Shown here: positions 52,289 through 64,000 of the stretch, in pieces | Layout of the letters: each line of letters starts with the position of its first letter | How positions within the stretch are numbered: the stretch's first letter is position 1 | From: Octopus sinensis | Taxonomy: Eukaryota | Length of the DNA stretch: 64,000 nt | Assembly: GCF_006345805.1 (NCBI RefSeq) | Contig: NC_043021.1 | Span: 12,958,001-13,022,000 of the forward strand | Direction: 5' to 3' | Notes under the pieces: model-generated | What the model was told of the DNA's origin: nothing | What the model saw: the letters and a program-made list of their open reading frames with translations, nothing else | Databases searched by the model: none | Program-made: the position numbers and the translations under genes

Positions 52289-53461
52289 CTGTTGATAGAA
52301 AATGATAAGTGAAGATCAGATTTTATGCAATTAGTTTACACACACAAACATTATGTCTTACACACATTCTCCTTCCAAGTGTCTTCCTGTCAGTTTCACC
52401 AAGCCTGTAACAACAAGAGCTCCCCTAACTCTTGTCAATTAATGCAAGTGTACCCCAACCAGATGTAGCAATATCCAATTAGATAAGTGGTTCTAAACTG
52501 GGGTCCATATGACCCTTGAAGGTCCACAGATTTTATCATTAAAATTTAAGCCTTTAGCATTCAGATTACAGTCAGATGTAATTCTTATTGATTCACATTC
52601 TTTTGAATTAACCATGCATTATCTCGTGGCCCTGAGATTTCAAAAATGTGATTGTTTATTCTTAGAATGATATTGTAAGGAAGGGTTAAGAGGCCTGATC
52701 TGGCTGGTTTAAACATAAAACAAAAAAAAAATATTCAGGCTGGATATGGCTGGTTCAAATACTAAAGGGTTAATGTACAATAAACCAGTTACACTTCTAC
52801 AACACAGTTCCAATTAATATCTAATTTTAAAAATACAGTATGAATTTTTTAAAACATCAAATGTTATGAGGGTCCACCCAGGTAAAATAGTTATCAAAGG
52901 GGTCAACTGATGAAAAAGGGTTGAGAACCACTGAGATAGACGGACAGGGCCAGCAAGAGCAAAGTAGTTTTGTCCTCGATACAGCAGTGGGTTCAGTCCC
53001 ACTGTGTGGCACCTCAGGCAAGTATCTTCTACTATAGCCTTGGGCTAACCAGAGCCTTGAATAGATTTGGTAAATGGAAACTGAACAAAGCCCGATGTAA
53101 TGTGTGTGTGTGTATCTTGGTGTCTGCACCCCAGCATCACTTGACAAATGGTGTTAGTGTGTTTATGTCACCGTAACTTAGCAGTTTGGCAAAAAAGACT
53201 GATAGAATAAGTACCAGGTTTTTAAAAAAATAACTACTGGGGTTGATTCATTCGACTGTAAACATTTTTTTCAAGGCAGTGCCCCAGGATAGCCACAGTC
53301 TAATGACTGAACCAAATAAAAGGTAAAAGATGACAAAAAAAAAAACAAACAACACCTAAAAAAAACTCCAACCCCTTCACTACCTGGAACTAGAAATTGT
53401 TGATCAAAAACATACAAAAGTGAAGAAATCTCAAAACCATAATAATAAGTGAAACACTTAC

Positions 53462-53538
53462 GTAAACCAAGAACTTTAACTTGCTTTTCAAATTCTTGTA
53501 TTTTCGTTTGTAATCAACCTGGTGATCAATTGCATTAT
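53462..53538 (-). CDS. INO80E: INO80E exon 2
   Basis: QVDYKRKYKNLKSKLKFLVY, versus human [20 protein letters not shown]. Phase 1/0. Confidence 0.95.
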
Positions 53539-56347
53539 CTGTAAAAAATGAGAAGCGTTCATCTTTAACTCTTTAGCATGTAAAATGGCCATATTCCATC
53601 AAAATAACTTACCTGTTTTATCCTCAAACTGGCCAGATCCAGTCTCCCACACGTATCCTACAATATTAATCTTTTATTCTTTTACACGTTTCAGCCCTAC
53701 AGCTGTGGCTATGCTGGGGCACTCCCAGTGAAAAAAAAAAATCAAAAGCTTCCCATGAGATTTGAACCCACATCTCTTGTAGACATGTCAGATGTTCTAT
53801 CATTCTGTAAGTAATATTACCCCACCACCATCAAGTAATATTCTAAAAAATAAACAATCTTTGCAATCTCAAAGCTACAAGGTAATGCATCATGATCATC
53901 ATTTAACGTCCGCTGTGCATGCTGGTGTGGGTTGGATGATTTCACTAGGGCTGAGGGGCTGCACCAGACACCAGTCTGATTTGGCATGGTTTCTAGAACT
54001 GGATGGCCTTCCTTACGCCAAACACTCCAAGAGTATAATGGGTGCTTTTACATGTCAGTTGCATGACACCAGTACAATTTCACTTGGCTTGATGGGTCTT
54101 CTTCCCAAGCATGCCAAATTCTTTTCTACTCAAGGCACAAGGCCTGAAAATTTTGGGGGAGGGGACCAGTCAATTAGTTTGACCCCAGTACACAACTGGT
54201 ATTTAGCTTATCAACCCCCGAAAAGATGAAAGGCAAAATCAACCTCGGCGTGTGTGTGTGTTCTGTTTAATTTGGAAAATAATCAAGAATTTTATGGAAT
54301 TTTCTACAATAACTCACTCAATATTTAGGATAGAAATTGTTTGCAACATAGCAAAAGATAGATAAAATGTTATGATGGAAAGGGGTTTAATTTTAGAAAC
54401 GAAATTTTAAGCTGGACAGTTTTGTGTCATAGAAACCAGCCAGAGATCACTCTACCTGCTAGAAATCACATCTAAATAGCTTTCAAATCAAACCCTATCT
54501 TAAAACAAGGCAGAACACATTGACTGTAGTCCTTGACACTTGTTAAAACATGGGATGGTCATAACTGGAATGGTTTTGATCATAGGTCTGTTCAATCAGG
54601 GTACACCCTGGGTTCAACAACTGTAGGTTGCAGTAACACAGGTCCTCCTCCTCCCCCTCATCATCGTTTAACGTCCGCTTTCCATGCTAGCATGGGTTGG
54701 ATGATACAGTTGTTTTTATTTATTTATTTTTTCATAGATCAAAAGACTGGGTGCATCTAATACATGGTATTATTTAGGGTGGATATAAGGTGGCAATCTG
54801 GCAGAATTGATAGTATGCCAGACAAAATGCCTTGCAATATTTCCCCCGTCTTTACGTTCCATCGTAGTTGACTTTGTCTTTTCTCCTTTCAGGCTCATTG
54901 AAATAAGTACCAGTCAAACACTGGGGTTCATCAGGTCATGGATCATTTGGTGCAGGGCCACACAGAATAAATTTTAAAATCATATTTGTGTGTATGTGTG
55001 TATACTCAACAAGCAGGAATGTGAACACCTAATTGTATATCTTTAGCCAACTCTGATGAGATTCAACTTCTAAATGGTTTTAATTATGGTAATTAATTTA
55101 TAAAGGTCTGGAATCGAAACAGCTGTAAGATATGATGTCTAATTTTTAAATTAATAAATAATTATTATCTCTATTTTCTTATCTTCTTAAAATGTGTCCC
55201 CTCTCCCACTCAACATCAAGCTGCGTTTTACATACACAAGGAAAGGGTTTAGGGACTCATGCATTGTTCGCTTTCCAGACATTTGTACACTACTGCATGT
55301 GCTTTATATGCACTGTCTGACAAGTTGTGGTGCACCTGAGCACTGTATACAATAATTTCATTATTATTATTATTTTTAATTGAAGGTTCATGAGACGGGT
55401 TTGCTAAAACTGGGGTGCGTCTTGTAAGTCGCTAATTATTTGATTTTGTTTTTATTGCTGGACTTCTTCCAATGATGTCTGTTGGTTCGAAATAAAGAAT
55501 ATTGATTTCTAAACTGTGATTCAAGGGCATAAATTGTAGATGATGCGAGAGAATATACTATTTGACAGGGGCTTAACTTTTATCGAATCCGTTACGATGA
55601 AAAGCTAGGTCAAATATTGGCAGGGTTAAAACGCAGACTCAGAACCGAACTAAAATAATCGCAACACACTTTTACTTACCGCTCTACCGATTTTGGAAAT
55701 TCACAACCCTTTATAAGGGACATATTAACAGCTTTCTTTTTGCACACGAAGAATCCCACCACCATCACCAGCATTACCGAACAGAAAATAGAAAGCAGAA
55801 TCGGGTATGCCTCGCTGCAAGGGATATTATTAGCAACGTATGTAGCTTGAAATCTAATTGCAAGCACATTTCGTCGAGATACATGGGTGATTTGGTTAAA
55901 CTATAAATAAATCTAGTATATTATGAAGTTTACTGAACCCGGAGATAAGATTTAAAAGTCGAAATCAGCGGGATTCGAATTTAGGGCAGAGGCACATTAA
56001 ACGTCGGGTACCAGAAAATAACGAATAAAGCTCATTACTATTATCATGGGTTATCTTGTCGGGGTAGGATTTGATCTTGTGCGCGCGCGTGTATGTGTAT
56101 ATATATATATATACACTGGCATTCCGTTTATTGGTAGGGAAAAAATAAAGAGACCAATTTGGCACTGGTGAGGGCTGAACTTAGAAGAATGAAACAGTGT
56201 TATATAAGGGGTAAAGAAAAAAAAAAGATAAGTCACGTTCCTTAGCGAGTGCACGATCACTATTGTCAATAACGGCAAATGTCAAGAGAGTCAAAAGCAG
56301 TCAATAATGCAGAGAATAAGAAATGAAGAAACAAATGCATTATATAC

Positions 56348-56393
56348 CTGTGTTTGTCACTGTTGCCGCACTGGAAGCGGAAACAGGCATCAT
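56348..56393 (-). CDS. INO80E: INO80E exon 1 (MMPVSASSAATVTNT)
   Basis: ATG ATG...ACA G|GTATAT gives the phase 1 that exon 2 needs, and it lies in a CpG-containing promoter-like region. The total CDS is 789 nt (262 aa plus stop). Confidence 0.72.
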
Positions 56394-56564
56394 TATTGGT
56401 TGAAAAGTGAACTTTTTAACAATCTAAATGTGATAACAGAAAAATCAACCAAAAATGCAAACAGAGCGGTTGCGAACTACGTCACGGCAACATTACAGTT
56501 AACTTCCGTTTCCGACAGTAGGCACCGCTGAAACTAATTTGATTAAAACGTCATCAGTTTGTGT
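56394..56564. promoter_or_regulatory. Compact bidirectional promoter between INO80E and RPL6
   Basis: Only ~170 bp separate the INO80E ATG from the RPL6 TCT-like start. The stretch contains ETS-like ACTTCCG and two CRE half-sites (ACGTCA). Confidence 0.65.
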
Positions 56565-56590
56565 CTTTCTTTTTAGCCACTACCTGGAAT
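56565..56590 (+). other. RPL6: Putative non-coding first exon of RPL6 with a 5'TOP/TCT motif
   Basis: gt-CTTTCTTTTTAGCCACTACCTGGAAT|GTAAGT: a C followed by a pyrimidine run and a strong donor, as is typical of ribosomal-protein genes. Confidence 0.65.
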
Positions 56591-57189
56591 GTAAGTAAAA
56601 TGGTTGTTATATATGTCTCCTTATAAATCCACTTTAATCGTGGCTTTTAGCCTTAAATTTATTTTCATCATCAAGAGAAAAGTAACATGAAAGATGTTTA
56701 TTTCCGTTTCTATGCTTTATTATTTAGATTACTCATGCAAAATTGATATTATTACATGTTTTTCTCCTCTAACTCAAATTTTCATAAATGGCGATAGATT
56801 CATTTGTTAGAAGCACATGAGTTTTTTTTTTTTTCAAGAATCGTGTCTACATTCATTTACTATTTAGTAACTTTGTTCTTTGGAACATAACACTTTCCAC
56901 ATAATTCCCATGTAATGAACCTATTTCCACATGGGTTACATTCACGTGTATGTGTGTCTGTCCTCGTTAAATATATTTTCTCCCTTCTCCTTTCCCGTCG
57001 TGTCATTTTTCACCGTTCAGAGCTTGATGCCTCTCATACATATTGTTAAAATGCGGACAGAAACATTTTGTAAGTTTATAATTTTCCAATGGAGGGAGAG
57101 AGCTATTCATTTTATTATTGTAATATCGACAAACTGAAACTGGCCTCGAGCAATATAAGCTATATTAACCAACCGAATGTGGACATAGG

Positions 57190-57208
57190 TATATATACAT
57201 ACATATAT

Positions 57209-57240
<32 letters not shown>

Positions 57241-57342
57241 CATACATACATATATATTTATATACATATATATATTTATATACATATATATACATACATA
57301 TATATATTTATATACATATATATATTTATATACATATATATA

Positions 57343-57374
<32 letters not shown>

Positions 57375-57375
57375 G
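57190..57375. repeat. TA-rich microsatellite
   Basis: Direct reading of the sequence. Confidence 0.97.
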
Positions 57376-58222
57376 GACTATAATCCAAATTGTGTTCTCA
57401 TCTGCATATTCCAGCTATTATACATGTGTAGAACCATATACTTACACAGATATACTCCGCTCGTGTTGCCTCTAATTATTTTTAGGGGTTAATGTTAAGC
57501 TTTTTAGGCCCTAAGGTACGAATATCGTATACATTCATCACTGTCTCCTGTTAGGGCTCCTTAAAGACTGAGTGGAATTCGAACCAACGCGAGGAGCCTC
57601 AGGTGCTCGACATCGTCTTCAAAATTTAAAGACGAGTAAGGCAATGAATAATACAAATGTGTGGTCTATAAAAATAAACAAGATTAGTTGGTCATGGTTG
57701 GAGCGTCGCTCATTTACGATTTTCAGTTCGTCCAGTTTTTAATAATTTGAACGTATACTATTTATGTGTTCAGAAATATTGCTTTTTGTTTTTAACCACG
57801 GGCATTTTCTATGTAATAGCTGTTTAACACATGGTCAACCATCAATAAGCTGACCCATGACCAAAAAAATAAAGCATCCAGACGCGATCACTCCCGGTTT
57901 TTTTTTCCTTGAAGCAGTGTCTTTATATATTTATATATATCTAATGTTTTCAAGAGAATACGGTGATATTTCAAGGACATTGGCTACTATTTCTCGCCGA
58001 TAAGGTGAGTACGTTGAGGCCTCTCGTTGGTTTGTTGTAGTAATTTCAAAACGAAGCCATGGTAAAGTATTAACTCATCGTGTGGTTAAGAACTTCATAA
58101 TCGCATGGTTTCGGGATCAGTCGCTTAAACGCATCATTGTGTTTACATTTTGTGCTTCTCCCAAAACCGATAAGCTACAAACAGTGCCGTTGTGGTCAAC
58201 AAGTTTGCTTGGGGGCCTTGAA

Positions 58223-59189
58223 ATTAGCGATCCCTTACTTCAAAACACGGGTATGGGTTAATGGCAGGAAGCACATCCGCTTATAAAACAGGGTCGTTTA
58301 ATTTATTCCAGCAAGTAAAACTGAATGAACGAACATTTGTGTTGGTTTAAATTCAACGCACGTGTGACTAGTGTGTCTCCACAGGATTTCGTGAAACGAG
58401 GCAAAACAGTTTACTATGCATTAATGTGGATTCCTTGTTTTAGTTCATGGAATCCTGTCTTAGGATGGTGGCGATTTGTAGTTCAAATCTAACTAGAAGA
58501 CATGGCTCTTTTCTATGACTTTTTACCAATGTTTGAGATTGTTATTAAATAATGAGCAAGATGTGAACGCTGTAATATGCAGATGTGGCATTTTGTTCAA
58601 GTGTCGTCTTCTATATCCCTGGTTTGACCAAAGCTTTGAATGGATTTGGTAGGCGGAAATCGAAAGAAGCCCATCGTGTATGTATTACTATCAAGTGTCA
58701 CCATCATTCATGCAGTCTTCCATGAAAACCTGGAAGAAATGTTCTCTTGCTCAAAGACAGGTGAGGTTTGGTGACATGAAGGGCATCTGCCTGTAGAAAA
58801 TTTACCATGACATGTAAGAATGGGAAGTGGTTGTTAAAACAAGGACGACAATTGTAGTTTATGTACTGAAGATTATCTTTGTGGATAGAAGCAGTTGTAT
58901 TCTGTTGAAAGCTCTATTCTGTGGGCCTTGGTTCAGGTACCTGATCTGGTTAACCATTAACAAGGAATCCACATTAATGCATAGTAAACTGTTTTGCCTC
59001 GTTTTACGAAATCCTGTGGAGACACACTAGTCACACGTGCGTTGAATTTAAACCAACACAAATGTTCGTTCATTCAGTTTTACTTGCTGGAATAAATCAA
59101 ACGAATATGTCATCGAGACCCTGTTTTATAAGCGGATGTGCTTCCTGCCATTAACCCATACCCGTGTTTTGAAGTAAGGGATCGCTAAT
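58223..59189. repeat. Long near-perfect inverted repeat (arms 58223-58439 and 58959-59189)
   Basis: The arms are reverse complements (attagcgatcccttacttcaaaacacggg... and ...cccgtgttttgaagtaagggatcgctaat), with one short insertion in the right arm and a ~520-bp spacer. Confidence 0.92.
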
Positions 59190-59396
59190 AATATACTTTC
59201 TTTCTTACAATTATAATTGTCCTGAAAACAATACAAAAAAATCTTTGTGAAGATAGCTTTCATTATTAAAGTGGTGTTTGGAACATAGATTAAGTTTCAC
59301 GGGTTTTAATTTCGATGACTTGAAAACAGAAACTTTGTACCATAATACCAAGGGCAGTTTCAGGAGGGTTGCTATGAAAAGGGTTAACAACACTAG

Positions 59397-59485
59397 GTGT
59401 GTGGCTATGATGGAAATGTCATGATCTGTCAATCCACTGATTTTATCAAGTTTGATGAGAATTTATTTTGACGCTGAGCACACAC
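59397..59485 (+). ncRNA. Box C/D snoRNA copy 1 (guide for the 18S site equivalent to human Um1288; SNORD110-like function)
   Basis: C box ATGATG(G) at 59407, guide GATCTGTCAATCCA then D' CTGA at 59437, C' TGATGA at 59453, D CTGA at 59474, terminal stem GTGTGTG/GCACACAC. Confidence 0.85.
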
Positions 59486-60497
59486 ATTAATATTTTAGTA
59501 AACTTGGCAATTTTTCTGCCCTTTACGAGTTTTTAACACTTTAGTATTTAGATTACGCTGTCAAATGTAATGCTTATTTCTTGACGTTGTTTCAAATTAA
59601 TCAAGGTTTATATCATAGCTTTGAGATTTTGATGATGTGGTTGTATGTATTTATGTTTTTAGAATTACATTGTAGGGTACCTAACGCAGAAAGACACTAT
59701 GAGACACATTCACTCAGTCATATACAAAATGTGACGTCGTTGTGGTATAAAATGTCCTGTTGATAATAGAAAGATTGCAGTGTGGAAGATGTTTGTAAGC
59801 CATTGCAGAACACACAAAAACTTAGTTTCACTTCAACATTTAAACTTCATTTGTGACAAAATATTTTTCGGCGCTTTGAAACCATGACCTGTTCACTGAC
59901 AAAACTTCATGCTGCATCTGAGAGAGTTAGTTCATGATATATGTGTAAATGTGCATGCATGCATATACACAAATGTATGTAAGTATATAGACGTGTATGT
60001 AAATGTATGCGTTCAAGTTGTATGTATAACTGTTATTCCGTCGATGGTTGTGTGTATATATACACACACACACATTTGTTCTGAGCACATGGTCTCAGAT
60101 CAAGTCACTTGCTGTGCAAGTACATCGTTGTAAATAAAAAAATTATCTCTATGAAATATATTGTTTTAATCGAAATGAAAATAAAATTTCGTATTGACAT
60201 TGACCAGCCCTTGCATGCATACAGTGTGTTTAACGTGCATAACACAGAAAGACACACACACACCGTAAGACATATACACGCTCATACACATACCTTCACC
60301 GACAGAAAATGTGACAGTCTCATCGTTAGAATTAAAAGTTAAAGTATAAATGTGAAACATAAGATCAAGTCTTTTTTTTTTTGTCTTTTTCAAAGAATAC
60401 TTGGTTTATATTTGTCTTAGACTGTGTGATTTGAAAGGGAATTGGTTGCTGTTTGTGATGGTCAAGCATCTACATAGGTGCTCTCTGGTTGGGACTG

Positions 60498-60582
60498 GTG
60501 TGTAGCCATGATGTACTCGAAATCTGTCAATCCACTGAATAAATCAGTTTGACGATAAACCATTTTGACTCTGAGCACACAC
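60498..60582 (+). ncRNA. Box C/D snoRNA copy 2
   Basis: C box ATGATG(T) at 60508, 13-nt guide AATCTGTCAATCC then D' CTGA at 60535, C' TGACGA at 60550, D CTGA at 60571, terminal stem GTGTGT/GCACAC. Confidence 0.87.
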
Positions 60583-61258
60583 TTTTGGAAAAGGACTATG
60601 ACCTGTCTGTTGCCTGGGCTTGGGAATTTGATGTGTGAACGTACTTTCTAAAAATTTTGTGGGGTGCAAAATCAATTTTCACATTCTTGTGTTTAGAAAA
60701 CAGCATAAAAATCTCAAAGCTACGAGATAATGCTAAAAGGTTGGCTGAAAGCAATGGATAAATAAGCATTACATTTGACAATAATCTGAATGCTAAGGAA
60801 TTAGACATCAAAATCTGTCTTTTGGCACTGTGAGAATAATTTTAGATTATAATTTATATTCAGTTAGAATGATGGATTAGATTCAGAGTAAAGTATTAGG
60901 TTTGTCTTCCTACATTGTTTCACATTCCTTATTCGAAAATGACAAAACAAATTCAAATGGATATATGTACGATAATGTAATTATTTTGTCCAATTTCAAT
61001 TTACTGCTCTGAAACAGTGTATTGGTTCTAGTGACTATTTCTTTTGCATCATTGTTGTTTAATATGCACCTTTCATGCAGACATGGGTTGGATGGTTTGA
61101 CTGGAGACTCGACAGGGTTTTTTTACAGCTGGATGCCCTTCCTAACACCAACCATTCTGTAGAGTGGTGTGATGCAAGTTAATCAGAAAAAAACTGCCAA
61201 GCCTGGTTTCTATGATTTCATTTGTGTTCCTTTATTCTTGGTGGTGGCCACATAATTG

Positions 61259-61346
61259 GTGTGTAACCATGATGCACTGTCAAGATCTGTCAATCCACTG
61301 ATTAAATCAACTTGATTGATAAACCCATATGACACTGAGTTCACAC
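61259..61346 (+). ncRNA. Box C/D snoRNA copy 3
   Basis: C box ATGATG(C) at 61269, guide GATCTGTCAATCCA then D' CTGA at 61298, C'-like TGATTGA, D CTGA at 61335, terminal stem GTGTGTAAC/GTTCACAC. Confidence 0.85.
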
Positions 61347-61855
61347 TATTTTTGGCCTTGAAAACCTGGTTCTGATTTAGCTGGGTTCTCTGTTTGGTCT
61401 AGGTCCATATGACCCTTGAGGGTCCACATAAGATTTTGTTGTTAAAGTTTATGTTTGGTTTATATTTCTACAATACACAAAATATTTAATGCAAAAATAT
61501 AATTGTTTTTAGGTAGCGAATGGTTGTGAGAGTTCTAGCCCTTGAGTAAAATAAAAAATTAATGGGATCCATAGATGAAAAAAGAATGAAGAACAACTTG
61601 TTTAGAATACGGAGCAATATCCATAACCTTAGCAGGGGCTTTGGTGCGACTGATAATCTGCTTACACATGCATGTCAACATCTGCAGGAAAGACAGAGAG
61701 AAGATTGTTAGTGCAGGGTGGAGGGACTGAAGGTGGTGAGGTGGGGGCAGCTTGTGGTATTGTAGTAGGGATAGAAAAATATGAGGAGACTGCATGTCTG
61801 TGAGGCAGAGGCTGGAACTTTTGTTGTGAGATATTTCCGTTGTTACTACCATTAA

Positions 61856-62066
61856 CCCTTTAGTGTTCAGAATACTCTGTTAAATATAATACTTTTTCAC
61901 TCAAATTGTTTTGAATTAATCCTGCATTATCTTATATCTTTGAGGTTTCAATGATGTGATTGTTTATTTTTAGAATGGCATTGTAGGGTAGGTGTGAAAA
62001 GCTAGATATCGCCTGTTTGAATATAAAACATGTAGAATATATTTGGCCGGTTTAAATACTAAAGGG
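61856..62066. mobile_element. TTAA-flanked piggyBac-like MITE (family E; further copies at 62385-62597, 62602-62770, 63664-63870, 52545-52772, 46880-47140, 37140-37340 and 18420-18690)
   Basis: TTAA|CCCTTTAG...CTAAAGGG|TTAA. CCC/GGG termini with a TTAA duplication are the piggyBac signature. Confidence 0.82.
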
Positions 62067-62889
62067 TTAAACCCAATTCATGCTCACTGCTATTGGGGTG
62101 AAGATGGCTATCTGCAAGTGTGAGTCAGAGTGGCTTTCCACCAAATCTCCCTTGCCATTCACTGGCACAATACCTCTTCCGTTTTCTCTGCTGGGACCAG
62201 GGGGTGGTCTGAATCAAGAGAGCATAAGAATTTTGTAGTTCACTACACATACAATAACCTACTTCATTGTTGACTGATTCACTGAACTAGTCTATAATAA
62301 GGATATGTAAATATTCACTCCTCCAGAAACTGTTTATTTTAGCCCTTCAGCATTTAATCCAACCCAAATATTCTTCCTGTTTAACCCTTTAGCATTCAGA
62401 TTATTCTGTCAAATATGATATTTATTCATCCATATTGTTTTAAGCTAATCATGCTTAATCATTTTGTAGCTTTAAGATTTCGATGATGTTATCACCTGTT
62501 TTTTAGATTGACATTTTAGGTTGGTGTGAGATACCAAATCTGGGCAGTTTTAAGAGAAAACAGGTAGATTATTTGGGCCGGTTTAAACACTAAAGGGTTA
62601 ATGTTCAAACCAACCGGATCCAACCTCTCACACCTACCATACAATTTTCATTCTAAAATATACAAACACACCTTTGAAATCTGAAAGCTACAAAATGTGT
62701 GATTAATTCAAAATTTTATGAATAAATAAGCAATATATTTGACAAAAAAATCAGAATGCTAAAGGGTTAAGAATGGTGATCGGTAGAACAACAGGGAATG
62801 TAATGACTTGTTTTGCAGTATTCGTTGATGTTCTGGTGTTAGAAACTGTTATTACGATGCTTTTCATATTCTCCAACAGTTCATTCATT

Positions 62890-63159
62890 ATGGAAGGAAC
62901 AGAGAAAAAGAAGCCTGAGACTAAAGCAGCAGTAGCAAAGAAGGCATCAACCAAGCGCCGGCCTCGTAATCCAGTCATATCTTCAAGTGGTTTGAGGAGG
63001 TTTTCTCGATCTCGGGTGTACAAGAGGAGGAGGATCTTCATCAAGAAGGAACAACCTAAGACAAAAGCAGCTAAGAAGGTCAAACCTGCAAAGTATGTCG
63101 TGAAGCCTATTGGTGGTGAGAAAAATGGTGAAACGAGGAAAGTCCGTGTTAAGCGATTG
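62890..63159 (+). CDS. RPL6: 60S ribosomal protein L6 (eL6), first coding exon; the gene continues beyond the window
   Basis: RNPVISSGLRRFSRSRVYKR...VVKPIGGEKNGETRKVRVKRL, versus human RNPVLVRGIGRYSRSAMY...[21 protein letters not shown]. Acceptor at 62879/62880, donor TTG|GTGAGT. Confidence 0.95.
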
Positions 63160-64000
63160 GTGAGTCATTGTATTTTTCTGTTTCCTGTGAGATTGAGTGA
63201 CTACTGGGTTGCTTCAAACTAACATGACATTACTTTCTTTGTCTCTTGGCAAATTATGTTGCTATTTTAGGTCACGTTGGCTTTGGTATAGTTTATTAGT
63301 CATGTTAGTATGTTTAACCTTTTAGCATTTAAACTGGCCATATCCAGCTCAATTTTCTGTTCAAGCTGTGAAGGCGCCTGGCTCAGTGGTTAGAGTGCCG
63401 GGTTTGCAATCGTGAGGTAGTAAGTTTGATTTCCAGGCTGGACTGTGTTGTGTTCTTGAGCAAGACACTTTATTTCACTTTCCTCCAGTTCACTCAGCTG
63501 TAGAAATGAGTTGCAATGTCACAGGTGCCAAGCTGTATTGGCCTTTGGGTAACATCGGTAGCATGGGAACTTTAAAGGTTCTTACATAATTCTGTTTTGT
63601 TTTTTTTCATTGACCCCTGACAAAAAGACTTCTTGCAAGCAGTGTCTGTGAGATGCTAAGGTATTTAACCCTTTAGCATTTGATTTGGCCAAAATATTCT
63701 GTTTTATGTCCAAACTGACCAGATCTGGCCTCACACCTACCCTATAATATCATTCTAAAAATGAACAGTTACCTGTCAAATTCTCAGTTACAAGATGATG
63801 CATGATTAATTCAAAGCAATGGGAATAAATAATTGCTTTTGACAATAATCTGAATGCTAAAGGCTTTAAATTCTTTATTGGAAGAACCACTAAATTATTC
63901 TGTGTCTGGGGAGAGTCATTTTCTTTTTGTGCCTTATAATTTAACACACTCACTGGTAAAATTTCCACTTATTCCTTATTTATTTTCCTAAAATTTTCGT

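Noticed and set aside
59459-59473. Second (D-box) guide in the snoRNA copies
   Set aside because: It is not conserved among the three copies. Copy 3 has only an 8-nt match to the 18S 5' end (GUCAUAUG), which is too short to support a guide.
62773-62889. N-terminal extension of RPL6, and the antisense ORF 62751-63083
   Set aside because: The extension is intronic sequence before the acceptor at 62880. The antisense ORF mirrors the Lys-rich exon.

Overview
AT-rich eukaryotic genomic DNA full of microsatellites, SINEs and transposon relics. The repeat style looks like an octopus (cephalopod) genome; that is an inference. I built five protein-coding genes by hand, checking splice phase exon by exon. 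(1) The 5' part of CFAP251/WDR66 on the minus strand, running off the left edge. It has a repetitive acidic N-terminus, an RFX X-box and one GC-AG intron. (2) ADAT2 on the plus strand, with an intronless CDS. (3) An unnamed 7-exon, about 556-aa gene on the plus strand with two HxHC-type zinc-finger modules and a coiled coil. (4) A complete 8-exon INO80E on the minus strand, about 262 aa, with a probable GC-AG intron. (5) The start of RPL6 on the plus strand, head-to-head with INO80E. The most notable non-coding result is three paralogous box C/D snoRNAs in the putative first intron of RPL6. All three carry the same D' guide, complementary to the 18S rRNA site equivalent to human Um1288. The same intron also holds a near-perfect ~217-bp inverted repeat and a cluster of TTAA-flanked MITEs. 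Most short ORFs in the supplied track are microsatellite or SINE artefacts.
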